Of a stretch of DNA of 32,000 bases, positions 23,092 to 32,000 are shown one piece after another; position 1 is the stretch's first letter; every line of letters begins with the position of its first letter. Both the position numbers and the translations under genes were made by a program. The notes beneath the pieces were generated by a model. It had not been told where the DNA came from and did not search any database. It worked only from the letters and a program-made list of their open reading frames with translations. Source of the stretch: Mycobacterium leprae TN (GTDB lineage: Bacteria > Actinomycetota > Actinomycetes > Mycobacteriales > Mycobacteriaceae); the NCBI RefSeq assembly GCF_000195855.1, contig NC_002677.1, positions 300,001 to 332,000 on the forward strand. The letters are read 5' to 3'.

Positions 23092-23499
23092 TCACCGAAT
23101 TTCGTGTACCGCGTCGATCGGCTTAGCCTGCCGGGCGCCCTTCGGCGTGACGACAAAAAGCCGTTTGAAGCGGGTGTTGTGTTCGGCCATGGAGTCCAGC
23201 AGCTGCTCATCGGTCGCGGTGGCGAGGTTCAGTTCGGCGTCGAACGGTTCATGTTTGCGTACAGCAGTGAGCACATCCACATCGTCGATGTGAATAATTT
23301 TTACCAGTTCGCTCCTGGATGGCGGCATACTCAGATATTCCGCGGTGATGTGATTAAAATCTTTCTTTCGCACTAAGTTTAGCATCTTACAAGAGGTGCT
23401 GTACATCGGGTTGTGGTAGATGACGATGGTGCCCCGAAGGATAGTTTTGTCCGGTAACCATCTACGCTTCTCCGTCGAATAGCCCTGTGACTGAGCCAT
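23092..23499 (-). CDS. ArsC/Spx-family (glutaredoxin-fold arsenate-reductase-like) protein lacking the catalytic Cys; possibly a cryptic pseudogene
   Basis: 135-aa uninterrupted ORF. IVIYHNPMYSTSCKML aligns with the ArsC N-terminus I(T)IYHNPxCxxSR, but Cys is replaced by Tyr and Arg by Cys. The C-terminal block reads FKRLFVVTPKGARQAKP, where IERPIVV...ARIGRP is expected. Its ATG lies 38 nt inside the prsA 3' end, and its codon usage is AT-rich. Confidence 0.55.
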   Translation of the reverse strand: MAQSQGYSTEKRRWLPDKTILRGTIVIYHNPMYSTSCKMLNLVRKKDFNHITAEYLSMPPSRSELVKIIHIDDVDVLTAVRKHEPFDAELNLATATDEQLLDSMAEHNTRFKRLFVVTPKGARQAKPIDAVHEIR

Positions 23500-24445
23500 T
23501 TTCGAAAATGGCGCGGATGGTGCTGGCTAGCAACGGTGCGATGGACAAAACCGTGAGCTGGGGGAAACGCTTCTCTTCGCCGATCGGTAGCGTGTTCGTG
23601 ACGATCACTTCCCGGGTGCCGTACTGGGCCAGCCGTTCAGCAGCCGGGGGCGACAGCACACCGTGGGTAGCTGCGATGATTACGTCACTGGCGCCATCGT
23701 TACGCAGCAATTGCACTGCGCCGGCGACGGTGCCGCCAGTGTCGATCATGTCGTCGATCAGCACACAGGTGCGACCTTCGACTTCGCCGACAACTCGGTT
23801 GGATACCACTTGGTTGGGTACGCGAAGGTCGCGGGTCTTGTGAATGAAGGCCAGCGGGACACCGCCCAGTGCGTCGCCCCATTTCTCGGCGATCCGCACT
23901 CTGCCGGAGTCGGGGGAGACCACCACCATGTTGGTGTCCGGGTAATTGTTCTTGATATACCCCGTCAACAGGTTTTGTCCGCGCATGTGGTCGACGGGCC
24001 CGTCAAAGAAACCCTGAATCTGGTCGGTGTGTAGGTCGACCGTCACGATCCGGTCGGCGCCCGCCGTTTTAAGCAAGTCAGCGACCAGTCGCGCCGAGAT
24101 GGGCTCGCGGCCGCGGTGCTTCTTGTCCTGTCGAGCGTAAGGGTAGAATGGTATGACGGCGGTGATCCGCTTGGCACTGCCCCGCTTGAGCGCGTCGATC
24201 ATGATCAGCTGTTCCATCAGCCAGGTATTCACCGGTGCCGGGCAAGATTGCAGGACGAAGGCGTCACAGCCGCGCACTGATTCGTGGAAGCGCACGAAGA
24301 TCTCGCCGTTGGCGAATTCCCGCGCGTCCTGGGTGGTGACGTGCATGTCGAGTTCTTTGGCTACCTGCTCGGCTAGCTCGGGATGCGCACGGCCCGAAAA
24401 GAGCATCAGGTTTTTTCGATTGTCGGTCCAGTCGTGGCTCAACAT
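23462..24445 (-). CDS. prsA: Ribose-phosphate pyrophosphokinase (PRPP synthetase)
   Basis: 327 aa. VTVDLHTDQIQGFF and the PRPP-binding loop CVLIDDMIDTGGT. Confidence 0.95.
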   Translation of the reverse strand: MLSHDWTDNRKNLMLFSGRAHPELAEQVAKELDMHVTTQDAREFANGEIFVRFHESVRGCDAFVLQSCPAPVNTWLMEQLIMIDALKRGSAKRITAVIPFYPYARQDKKHRGREPISARLVADLLKTAGADRIVTVDLHTDQIQGFFDGPVDHMRGQNLLTGYIKNNYPDTNMVVVSPDSGRVRIAEKWGDALGGVPLAFIHKTRDLRVPNQVVSNRVVGEVEGRTCVLIDDMIDTGGTVAGAVQLLRNDGASDVIIAATHGVLSPPAAERLAQYGTREVIVTNTLPIGEEKRFPQLTVLSIAPLLASTIRAIFENGSVTGLFDGEA

Positions 24446-24555
24446 GCCGCCCTCGCCGTATCTGGGGTTGAGATAGGAAATGAGAAGGCCTCATCGTATG
24501 TAAGTGTTTGGTCCGAACACGTGGCCGGGTTGCCGGAAAACGAAATTCACGGTGG

Positions 24556-26034
24556 CTAGTCAGGTTCGGATTTCTGCTGGGATTGTTTGCCTGTACGTGT
24601 TGAGGCCTTTTCTGCTGCCTGAGCTGCGGCACTGCCGGGTCGCTTGCGCTGCACCCAGTTTTCGATGTTGCGTTGGGGGCTCACGGAAACAGCCAGTGCC
24701 CCCGGCGGGACGTCGTTGCGCACGACTGTGCCGGCGCCTGTGTAAGCGCCGTCGCCCACAGTCACCGGCGCGACGAACTTGGTGTCCGACCCAGTGCGTA
24801 CGTGTGACCCGATAGTGGTGCGCTGTTTGGCTGTGCCATCGTAGTTGACGAATACGCTGGACGCGCCGATGTTGCTGTGCTCGCCGATATCGGCGTCGCC
24901 GACGTAGGTCAAATGCGGCACTTTGGCGCCGGTTCCGATTGTGGAGTTTTTGGTCTCGACGAAGGCGCCCAACTTACCCTTGGTGCCCAGCACGGTTCCG
25001 GGCCTCAGGTAGGTGAACGGACCGACCATAGCGCCCGCACCTATAGTTGACGATGTGCCGTGCGTGCGGACCACTGTGGCACGCTGACTGACCAAGACGT
25101 CGGTCAGCGTGGTGTCCGGGCCGATGACGCAGCACTCGCCGATCTGAGTGCGGCCGAGCAACTGAGTACCGGGGTGGATTACGGTGTCGTTGCCTATAGT
25201 CACGTCTATATCGATCCAAGTGGTAGCAGGATCGATGATGGTAACGCCGGCCACCTGGTGAGTGGCCACAATGCGGCGGTTGAGTTCGGCGCTCAGTTCG
25301 GCCAGCTGAACGCGGTTGTTGACGCCAGCCACAAGTGCGTTGTCGTCGATGTGTTGAGCATTCACCTTTTGGCCTTCCCTGCGAAGGATGGAGATCACGT
25401 CGGTGAGGTAGAGCTCCTGTTGGGTGTTGTTGGAGTTCAGTCTGATCAACGCCGACCGCAACGCCGTGATATCGAAGGCATACACGCCGGCATTTACCTC
25501 GCGGATCTCGCGTTGTGAAGGCGATGCGTCGGCGTGCTCGATAATCGCCATAACTTCATTGTCCTGGGTGCGCAGGATCCGGCCGTAGCCAAGGGGATCG
25601 CTAAATGTCGTGGTTAGCACCGTCACTGCGGCGGATGTGGCGTTGTGGGTTGCGATCAGTTCGGCCAGAGTGTTGGCGTCGAGCAGTGGGGTATCGCCTG
25701 AAGTTACAACGACAATGCCGCCGTAGTCATCGGGTAATGCGGACAGGCCACAGAACACGGCATGTCCGGTACCGCGAGGTCGATCCTGTAATGCGACGTC
25801 AATCGTGCGTTCGAGGGTGTCGGCCAGTTCGGCGACTAGCGGCGCAATGCGCTGATGCTCGTGGCCTAGTACCACGACTAGATGCTGGGGTGCCAGTTTG
25901 GTGATCGCGTGCAGTGAATGCGACAACATGCTGCGACCAGCGATGGTGTGCAGCACTTTCGGTGTATCTGACCGCATTCGGCTGCCGGGGCCGGCCGCTA
26001 AGACGAGGACCGCGGTATCACCACGAAACGTCAT
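24556..26034 (-). CDS. glmU: Bifunctional GlcNAc-1-P uridyltransferase / GlcN-1-P acetyltransferase
   Basis: 492 aa from ATG 26034 ([29 protein letters not shown]), preceded by GAGGAGAG. It has a C-terminal left-handed beta-helix of hexapeptide repeats. The ORF-track start at 26112 is probably too far upstream. Confidence 0.93.
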
Positions 26035-26131
26035 CGACTCTCCTCGAGTGGTTTGCCCGTGAGCGCGCGTGTCTGTACGTCGACTCGCCGTCAAGCGTGG
26101 CATTTCATGCACGCTTGCGGCAAAAACGCCG

Positions 26132-26203
26132 TTCCGTCGTCAGGACTCGAACCTGAACTATCTGAACCAAAATCAGAGGTGCTGCCGATTACACCACGAC
26201 GGA
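26132..26203 (-). tRNA. tRNA-Gln (anticodon UUG)
   Basis: Folded by hand on the minus strand: TCCGTCG TG GTGT AATCGGCA GCAC C TCTGA TT-TTG-GT TCAGA TAGT TCAGG TTCGAGT CCTGA CGACGGA A. It has a 7-bp acceptor stem, a TTCGAGT T-loop and a 72-nt cloverleaf. CCA is not encoded. Confidence 0.9.
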
Positions 26204-26334
26204 TTGGATACCTACGAGGAGCGGTCCGCCGTGGTTGGTGGGCCGCGTCACCATATGACTCTAGTCTGCGGGCCGCGTCCGGCACGAGAGGAGTCTGAAT
26301 AATTTGATCAGGCGTACCTAATATCATCAACGGT

Positions 26335-26998
26335 GTGGCGGTGTTGGATAAAGAGCCGGACAAAGAAGTGCGCGCAGCGCGTCAGGATGACCGGTAATGA
26401 GCGCCGTCGCCAACTTATTTGGTATCGCGCGCTCGTTGTTTGCTGAGCGCTGCTATGACGGGGCCTCAATCGAAGAGATCTCGCAGCGGCTAACGTGTCC
26501 AAGCCGGTCGTGTATGAACATTATCGGCGGCAAGGAAGGCCTCTACGCGGTGGTGGTCGACCGTGAGATGTCGGCATTGTTGGACGGCATCACCTTGTCG
26601 CTGACCAAATAATTGGTCCCGGGTGCGTGTCGAGCGGTTCGCGCTGGCCTTGCTCACTTACGTGCGAAGAACGCACGGACTGCTTCCGGATCATGATCTG
26701 CGACTCCCCGGTCTCGATCAGTTCGGGAACTTAATTCCAGCATGCTAAACGACGCCGTCAGCCAGGTCAGCTCCATCCTGGCCGGCGACGCTCGTCGTGG
26801 CCTAGACCCGAGCCTGGCCTAGCTGTACGCGCAAGCACTGGTGGGTTCGGTGTCGATGACGGCGCAATGGTGGCTCCACATACGGGAGTCCAAAAAGGAA
26901 AAAATGGAAAAAATGTAGTAGTCGCAGCCCACCTGGTTAACCTGATGTGGAATGGTCTGACCCACCTGGAGGTTGTTCCTCGGCTGCAGGACGAGTAG
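26335..26998 (+). pseudogene. TetR-family transcriptional regulator pseudogene (Rv1019 position)
   Basis: TetR N-domain LFAERCYDGASIEEISQR...GGKEGLYAVVVDREMSALLDGI is present. The recognition helix ANVSKPVVYEHY sits in a different frame, flanked by a compensating -1/+1 frameshift pair. TAA stops lie at 26396-26398 and 26609-26611. The later segments LLNDAVSQVSSILAGD, LYAQALVGSVSMTAQWW and VVVAAHLVNLMWNGLTHLE are spread over several frames. A 9-bp tandem duplication GAAAAAATG x2 (26898-26915) is followed by TAGTAG. Confidence 0.75.
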
Positions 26999-27104
26999 GT
27001 TTTGGCGCGTTGAACACACGGCACTGGAACAGTGGAAAACCATCGGAAATTACGACTTATTCGATGATCCAGCCGGAACACGTTACTAGAGCTAACGATT
27101 CTGC

Positions 27105-27960
27105 TTAAGCGAAGTCGCGTGACAGCAGGTCAGCGATCGTTTAGCGGCGGACTAGTGTACGGGCCCGACCATTCTTGATCGTTACCAAAGGTGGTGGGTC
27201 GACTGTACTGTAGTGTGACCCCATTCTGTGGTGGTAAGCACCGGTGCAGGACACAGCCAGCATGTCGCCGGGGTAGCACGTCAGCAGGCAGCTCGATATC
27301 GCGAGCGATTTCGTCGCCGGCTTCGCAGTGCTGCCCCGCTAAGGTGGACACGCCGTTTGACTCCCAGCTGGACGCCGGCTCGCCGACGTGACCGTGTACT
27401 GCTTCCTGCCCCGTACAGCGACACCCACAGGTGATCGCTCACATTGCTGTCCACTGCAGCGAAAGTGCGGACATCGGGCTGGTCCTTAACCGAACACACA
27501 CGCAGTAAAATGTGACACTGGCCCAGCCGCTGATCGTCAGGCCATACTATACACCTTATGATCATTATGGCCGGGCGGGGGAAATGCTCGGTGGCGTCCG
27601 CGTGATAGAGCGACTCCTCGATCACGCAGATCAGCTTGCCGGGGTATAGTCCGCGATTTTCAGCCACATACGGGATACCGATACCAGTAGCCATTTCCGA
27701 TGTTGCATTCGGTGAGGATGACGCTGTTCTGGGTACGTACATTGGTCATCGCCGCGATGAATACGGTGAATAGCCTCGCTGTACAGGGCCGCGTCGGTGA
27801 CCTGCGAGTCGCTATTGCAATGCAGCCCGACTAGATCGCGGGATCGAATCGCTGGGGCGCTGCCTTGCCAAAAGGGCGCTGCCTTGCCAAAAGACAGCAA
27901 GAAGCTCTTTTGGTGGTACGAACTGGCCTCAATATCAATGTCATGCTTCTAAGGTGTGCT
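27105..27960 (-). pseudogene. Fold-type III PLP-dependent decarboxylase (Orn/DAP/Arg decarboxylase family 2, LysA-like) pseudogene, 5'-truncated
   Basis: Family blocks appear on the minus strand in the correct order but in at least 3 frames. SFGK and DLVGLHCNSDSQV match KFG...GLHxHxGSQ. ATGIGIPY matches GGGxGIxY. HFPRPAI matches EPGRAI. TFAAVDSNVSDHLWVSLYGA matches FxxVDGGMSDNxRPxLYGA. HCEAGDEIARDIELP matches CESGD. In a shifted frame, PGDMLAVSCTGAYHHRMGSHYS matches GDxLAVxxxGAYxxSMxSNYN. The sequence ends TIADLLSRDFA* with TAA at 27105-27107. There is no room for the N-terminal roughly 150-200 aa before mfd. Confidence 0.65.
27855..27892. repeat. Perfect tandem duplication of a 19-bp unit (GGGCGCTGCCTTGCCAAAA x2)
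   Basis: Copies at 27855-27873 and 27874-27892 are identical, read directly from the sequence. The repeat lies inside the decarboxylase pseudogene. The unit length is not a multiple of 3, so the duplication shifts the frame. Confidence 0.9.
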
Positions 27961-28066
27961 TGGGTGGTGTCGGGTGCGGTTATCCTCACGATACCGTGAC
28001 GGGCCCGCCGGGGTCGCTCTTGACGAAGCCCCCTAGTGCCCCCGATGGACCCTAGAATAGGGCATC

Positions 28067-31000
28067 ATGACCGCACCGGGGCCTGCTTGCCTAGACACCC
28101 CAATCGCGGGGCTCGTTGAATTGGCACTCACTGCGCCGACCTTCGGCCAGCTCATGGAGCGCGCGGGCACTAGACCAGCTGAATTGATCCTGGCTGGCCC
28201 TGCCTGTGCGCGGTTGTTCGTCGCCAGTGCGCTGGCTAGGCTGGGTCCCTTGCTGGTGGTTACCGCCACCGGTCGTGAAGCGAGCAATCTTACCGCAGAG
28301 CTGCGCGGTGTCTTCGGCGCCGCGGTGGCGATGTTCCCGTCCTGGGAGACGCTGCCGCACGAACGACTTTCACCTGGTGTAGACACCGTCGGTGCCCGGC
28401 TGATGGTGCTGCGCCGACTAGCCCATCCCGACGATGCCCGGTTGGGTCCACCCTTGCAGGTGGTGGTGACCGCGGTGCGTTCGCTGCTGCAGCCGATGAC
28501 AGCGCAGCTGGGTTTGGTGGAACCTGTTACCTTGAGCGTTGGCGATGAGATCGGTTTTGAACGGGTTATCGCGCGCCTGGTCGAGCTGGCATATACCCGG
28601 GTAGATATGGTCGGCCGGCGCGGCGAGTTCGCCGTCCGCGGTGGGATTCTCGATATTTTCGGCCCGACTGCCGAACATCCGGTGCGTGTCGAATTCTGGG
28701 GTGACGAGATTACCGAGATGCGGATGTTTTCGGTGGTCGATCAGCGCTCTATTCCCGAGATCGGTGTTGACACGTTGGTTGCGATAGCCTGCCGGGAACT
28801 GCTGCTCAGCGACGACGTGCGAGCTCGGGCTGTCGAGTTGGCCGCGCAGGCGGCTGCACGGCGACCGACAGAGGAACCTGCCATCTCCGGCAGCGTCACT
28901 GACGTGTTGGCCAAGCTAGCCGAAGGGATACCAGTCGACGGGATGGAGGCTCTACTCCCGGTACTTTGTCCTGACGATTATGCGCTGCTGACTGACCAGT
29001 TCGCTGCTGACACGCCGGTGTTGCTGTGTGACCCGGAAAAGGTCCGCATTCAGGCCGCCGATTTGATCAAGACCGATCGAGCATTCCTCGAGGCGTCGTG
29101 GTCGGTTGCCGCCATAGGTGCAGACAACGCGGCACCCGTCGATGTCGAGCAGCTGTACGGGTCGGGGTTCGTAGAATTAGGCGACGTGCAGGCCGCCGCC
29201 ATCCGGTCCGGTCATCCGTGGTGGACCTTGAGCCAACTGTCCGACGAGTCGGCTTTGGAGCTCGACATCCGGGCGGCACCGTCGACGCGTGGGCATCAGC
29301 ATGCCATCGACGGCATTTTTGCGATGCTGCGTGCGCATGTTGCCACCGGTGGATATGCGGCGATCGTCACGCCTGGGACCGGAACCGCCCATCGAGTGGT
29401 GGAGCGACTTGCCGAGTCTGACATTCCGGGTGCGATGCTGGAACCGGCTGCCGCCCCCGGACTTGGCCTGCGACCAGGCCTGGTCGGGGTGCTCAAAGGT
29501 CCGCTGCTTGATGGTGTGGTTATACCGGGCGCCAACCTGGTGATCATCACCGAAGCCGATCTGACCGGCAGCCGAGCGACGCCTGTCGAGGGCAAGCGGC
29601 TGGCGGCCAAGCGGCGCAGCGCCGCCGATCCGTTGGCACTTACCGCTGGTGACTTGGTGGTGCATGATCAGCACGGCATCGGACGGTTCGTGGAAATGGT
29701 TGAGCGCACCGTTGGCGGTGCTCGTCGCGAGTACCTGGTGCTGGAATATGCCTCGAATAAGAAAAGTAAGCAGGCCGACAAGCTGTATGTTCCGATGGAT
29801 TCGCTGGATCAGTTGTCACGGTATGTAGGCGGGCAAGCGCCGGCGCTTAGCCGGCTCGGCGGCAGCGACTGGGCTAATACCAAGACCAAGGCCCGCTGCG
29901 CGGTGCGAGAAATTGCGGGTGAATTGGTGTCGCTATACGCCAAACGCCAGGCCAGCCCCGGACACGCATTCGGGCCGGACACGCCCTGGCAGGCCGAGAT
30001 GGAGGACGCGTTTGGCTTCACCGAGACCGTCGACCAGCTCACCGCGATCACCGAGGTCAAGGGCGATATGGAAAAGTCGGTGCCGATGGACCGAGTGATC
30101 TGCGGTGACGTTGGTTACGGCAAGGCCGAGATCGCGGTGCGTGCGGCGTTCAAGGCAGTGCAGGACGGCAAGCAGGTTGCCGTATTGGTACCGACCACAT
30201 TGCTGGCCGACCAGCATCTGCGGACGTTCACCGAACGGATGGCCGGATTTCCGGTGACTGTCAAGGGGTTGTCACGGTTCACCGACGCCGCCGAGTCTCG
30301 CGCGGTGATCGACGGCCTTGCCGAGGGGTCGGTGGACATCGTGATCGGCACGCATCGGCTGCTGCAGACCGGGGTGTGCTGGAAGGATCTGGGTCTAGTC
30401 GTGGTTGACGAGGAACAGTGGTTCGGCGTCGAGCACAAGGAGCACATCAAGTCGCTGCGCACCCACGTCGACGTGCTGACCATGAGCGCCACCCCGATCC
30501 CGCGCACCCTAGAGATGAGCTTGGCTGGGATTCGCGAGATGTCGACGATCCTGACGCCGCCCGAAGAGCGCTACCCGGTTTTGACTTATGTAGGGCCGCA
30601 CGATGACAAGCAGGTCGCGGCTGCGCTGCGGCGCGAACTTCTGCGCGATGGGCAGGCGTTTTATGTGCATAACCGGGTCAGCTCCATCTATCAGGCCGCT
30701 GCCCGGGTGTGTGGCTTGGTGCCCGAAGCGCGCGTGGTGGTCGCGCATGGGCAGATGCCCGAGGATCTGCTGGAAACCACCATGCGGGGGTTCTGGAACC
30801 GCGAATACGACATCTTAGTGTGCACCACGATCGTGGAGACCGGCTTGGACATCCCCAACGCCAACACGCTCGTCGTCGAGCGCGCCGATACCTTCGGTCT
30901 GTCTCAGCTGCACCAGCTGCGGGGTCGGGTCGGCCGTAGCCACGAGCGTGGTTACGCCTACTTCCTCTACCCGCCGCAGGCGCCGCTGACGGAGATCGCC

Positions 31001-31741
31001 TACGACCGGTTGGTGACCATCGCACAGAACAATGAGCTGGGAGCGGGCATGGCGGTCGCGCTCAAGGACCTAGAGATCCGCGGCGCCGGCAACGTGCTAG
31101 GTGTCGAGCAGTCCGGGCACGTAGCAGGGGTCGGATTCGACCTTTATGTGCGGCTGGTGGGTGAGGCCGTCGAGGCGTACCGAGCCGTTGCCGACGGCAA
31201 AACCGCCATTACTCCGGAGGAGCCGAAGGATGTACGGATCGACTTGCCGGTGGATGCACACCTGCCGCCAGATTACATCGCCAGTGATCGGCTCCGACTT
31301 GAAGGCTACCGGCGGTTGGCCGCGGCGTCTTCTGACACAGAGGTAGCGGCCGTTGTGGACGAGCTCATTGATCGCTACGGGGCACTGCCAGAGCCGGCCC
31401 AGCGGTTGGTGGCGGTGGCTCAGTTGCGGCTGCTGTGTCGAGGCTCGGGCATCATCGAAGTGACCGCCCCGTCGGCCTCTACCATGCGGTTGTCCCCAAT
31501 TAGGCTGATAGATTCCGCCCAAGTGAGGTTAAAGCGGATGTATCCCGGAGCGCAGTACCGTGCTACCGCGGCCACGGTCCAGGTTCCTATACCGCGAGCC
31601 GGCAGCTCCGGGGGAACCTTAGGTGTCCCGTGTATCCGCGATGTGGAATTGGTTCAGGCGGTGGCTGACTTGATCACGGCGCTGCAGGGCCTACCGAGGA
31701 AGGTTATTGGCATAACGGGACCGGAACCGACATCGAAGTGA
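28067..31741 (+). CDS. mfd: Transcription-repair coupling factor Mfd
   Basis: 1224-aa uninterrupted ORF. UvrB-homology N-region, RNAP-interacting domain, and SF2 translocase motifs: [44 protein letters not shown] and the TRG motif [17 protein letters not shown]. Walker A reads GDVGYGKA and motif II reads [10 protein letters not shown]; both are atypical (see findings). Confidence 0.93.
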   Translation: MTAPGPACLDTPIAGLVELALTAPTFGQLMERAGTRPAELILAGPACARLFVASALARLGPLLVVTATGREASNLTAELRGVFGAAVAMFPSWETLPHERLSPGVDTVGARLMVLRRLAHPDDARLGPPLQVVVTAVRSLLQPMTAQLGLVEPVTLSVGDEIGFERVIARLVELAYTRVDMVGRRGEFAVRGGILDIFGPTAEHPVRVEFWGDEITEMRMFSVVDQRSIPEIGVDTLVAIACRELLLSDDVRARAVELAAQAAARRPTEEPAISGSVTDVLAKLAEGIPVDGMEALLPVLCPDDYALLTDQFAADTPVLLCDPEKVRIQAADLIKTDRAFLEASWSVAAIGADNAAPVDVEQLYGSGFVELGDVQAAAIRSGHPWWTLSQLSDESALELDIRAAPSTRGHQHAIDGIFAMLRAHVATGGYAAIVTPGTGTAHRVVERLAESDIPGAMLEPAAAPGLGLRPGLVGVLKGPLLDGVVIPGANLVIITEADLTGSRATPVEGKRLAAKRRSAADPLALTAGDLVVHDQHGIGRFVEMVERTVGGARREYLVLEYASNKKSKQADKLYVPMDSLDQLSRYVGGQAPALSRLGGSDWANTKTKARCAVREIAGELVSLYAKRQASPGHAFGPDTPWQAEMEDAFGFTETVDQLTAITEVKGDMEKSVPMDRVICGDVGYGKAEIAVRAAFKAVQDGKQVAVLVPTTLLADQHLRTFTERMAGFPVTVKGLSRFTDAAESRAVIDGLAEGSVDIVIGTHRLLQTGVCWKDLGLVVVDEEQWFGVEHKEHIKSLRTHVDVLTMSATPIPRTLEMSLAGIREMSTILTPPEERYPVLTYVGPHDDKQVAAALRRELLRDGQAFYVHNRVSSIYQAAARVCGLVPEARVVVAHGQMPEDLLETTMRGFWNREYDILVCTTIVETGLDIPNANTLVVERADTFGLSQLHQLRGRVGRSHERGYAYFLYPPQAPLTEIAYDRLVTIAQNNELGAGMAVALKDLEIRGAGNVLGVEQSGHVAGVGFDLYVRLVGEAVEAYRAVADGKTAITPEEPKDVRIDLPVDAHLPPDYIASDRLRLEGYRRLAAASSDTEVAAVVDELIDRYGALPEPAQRLVAVAQLRLLCRGSGIIEVTAPSASTMRLSPIRLIDSAQVRLKRMYPGAQYRATAATVQVPIPRAGSSGGTLGVPCIRDVELVQAVADLITALQGLPRKVIGITGPEPTSK

Positions 31742-31756
31742 GGAATAACAGGTTCG

Positions 31757-32000
31757 GTGAACGTGGTTTTGTTTGACCCGCGTTGCCCTGGTCACTGCCG
31801 GCGGCGCGTCCTGCGCATTCCGGTGATGATGTGCCGCTGTTGTTGTCGTCCGACCCGAGCCGCCTCGCCGTCATTGTGTGACCGACCTCCGGTTCCCGGC
31901 TGATTTCGGCACCGGAGGCTCCGCATGGCGAGCGGCTGGTCGACGCCTTCGCGATGATGCACAAACTGCGCACAGCTGGCCTTTGGGAAGGGGACTAGAT
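31757..32000 (+). pseudogene. mazG: Nucleoside triphosphate pyrophosphohydrolase MazG pseudogene (partial, runs off the window end)
   Basis: GTG 31757 gives VNVVLFDPR, matching the MazG N-terminus MIVVLVDPRR. After a frame change the sequence reads DDVPLLLSSDPSRLAVIV*PTSGSRLISAPEAPHGERLVDAFAMMHKLRTAGLWEGD*, with in-frame TGA (31879-31881) and TAG (31996-31998). About 40 codons of the expected N-terminal region are missing. Confidence 0.7.

Overview
This window looks like a slow-growing mycobacterial chromosome undergoing reductive evolution, and it is most consistent with Mycobacterium leprae or a very close relative. It holds about 23 intact housekeeping genes, at least 5 recognisable pseudogenes, and AT-drifted spacers that carry simple-sequence repeats.

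Two conserved gene blocks are fused here. The left block (2-8549, + strand) contains a partial Ala/Arg/Pro-rich protein, a DUF2520/Rossmann gene, panC, panD, coaX, lysS, lsr2 and clpC1. This corresponds to M. tuberculosis Rv3604c-Rv3596c. The right block (9643-32000) contains pabB, decayed DNA with a C20 tract, metG, tatD, rpfB-ksgA-ispE, a FadD-like ligase (the pks16 position), pth, rplY, an SDR pseudogene, lpqT, an ArsC-family ORF, prsA, glmU, tRNA-Gln(UUG), a TetR pseudogene, a LysA/ODC-like decarboxylase pseudogene, mfd and a mazG pseudogene. This corresponds to Rv1005c-Rv1021. The two blocks meet in a 1.1-kb AT-rich, gene-less spacer (8550-9642) that carries an (AT)14 microsatellite.

I found no CRISPR array, transposase, phage gene, toxin-antitoxin pair or obvious defence or biosynthetic island. 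The most interesting signals concern gene decay:
- Two pseudogenes have no counterpart at these positions in M. tuberculosis.
- An intact-looking ArsC-family ORF lacks its catalytic cysteine.
- mfd is full length but has substitutions in Walker A and helicase motif II.
- The rpfB leader is AT-rich and structured.

All functional calls rest on reading the supplied translations, on motifs, and on remembered synteny. No database search was run.
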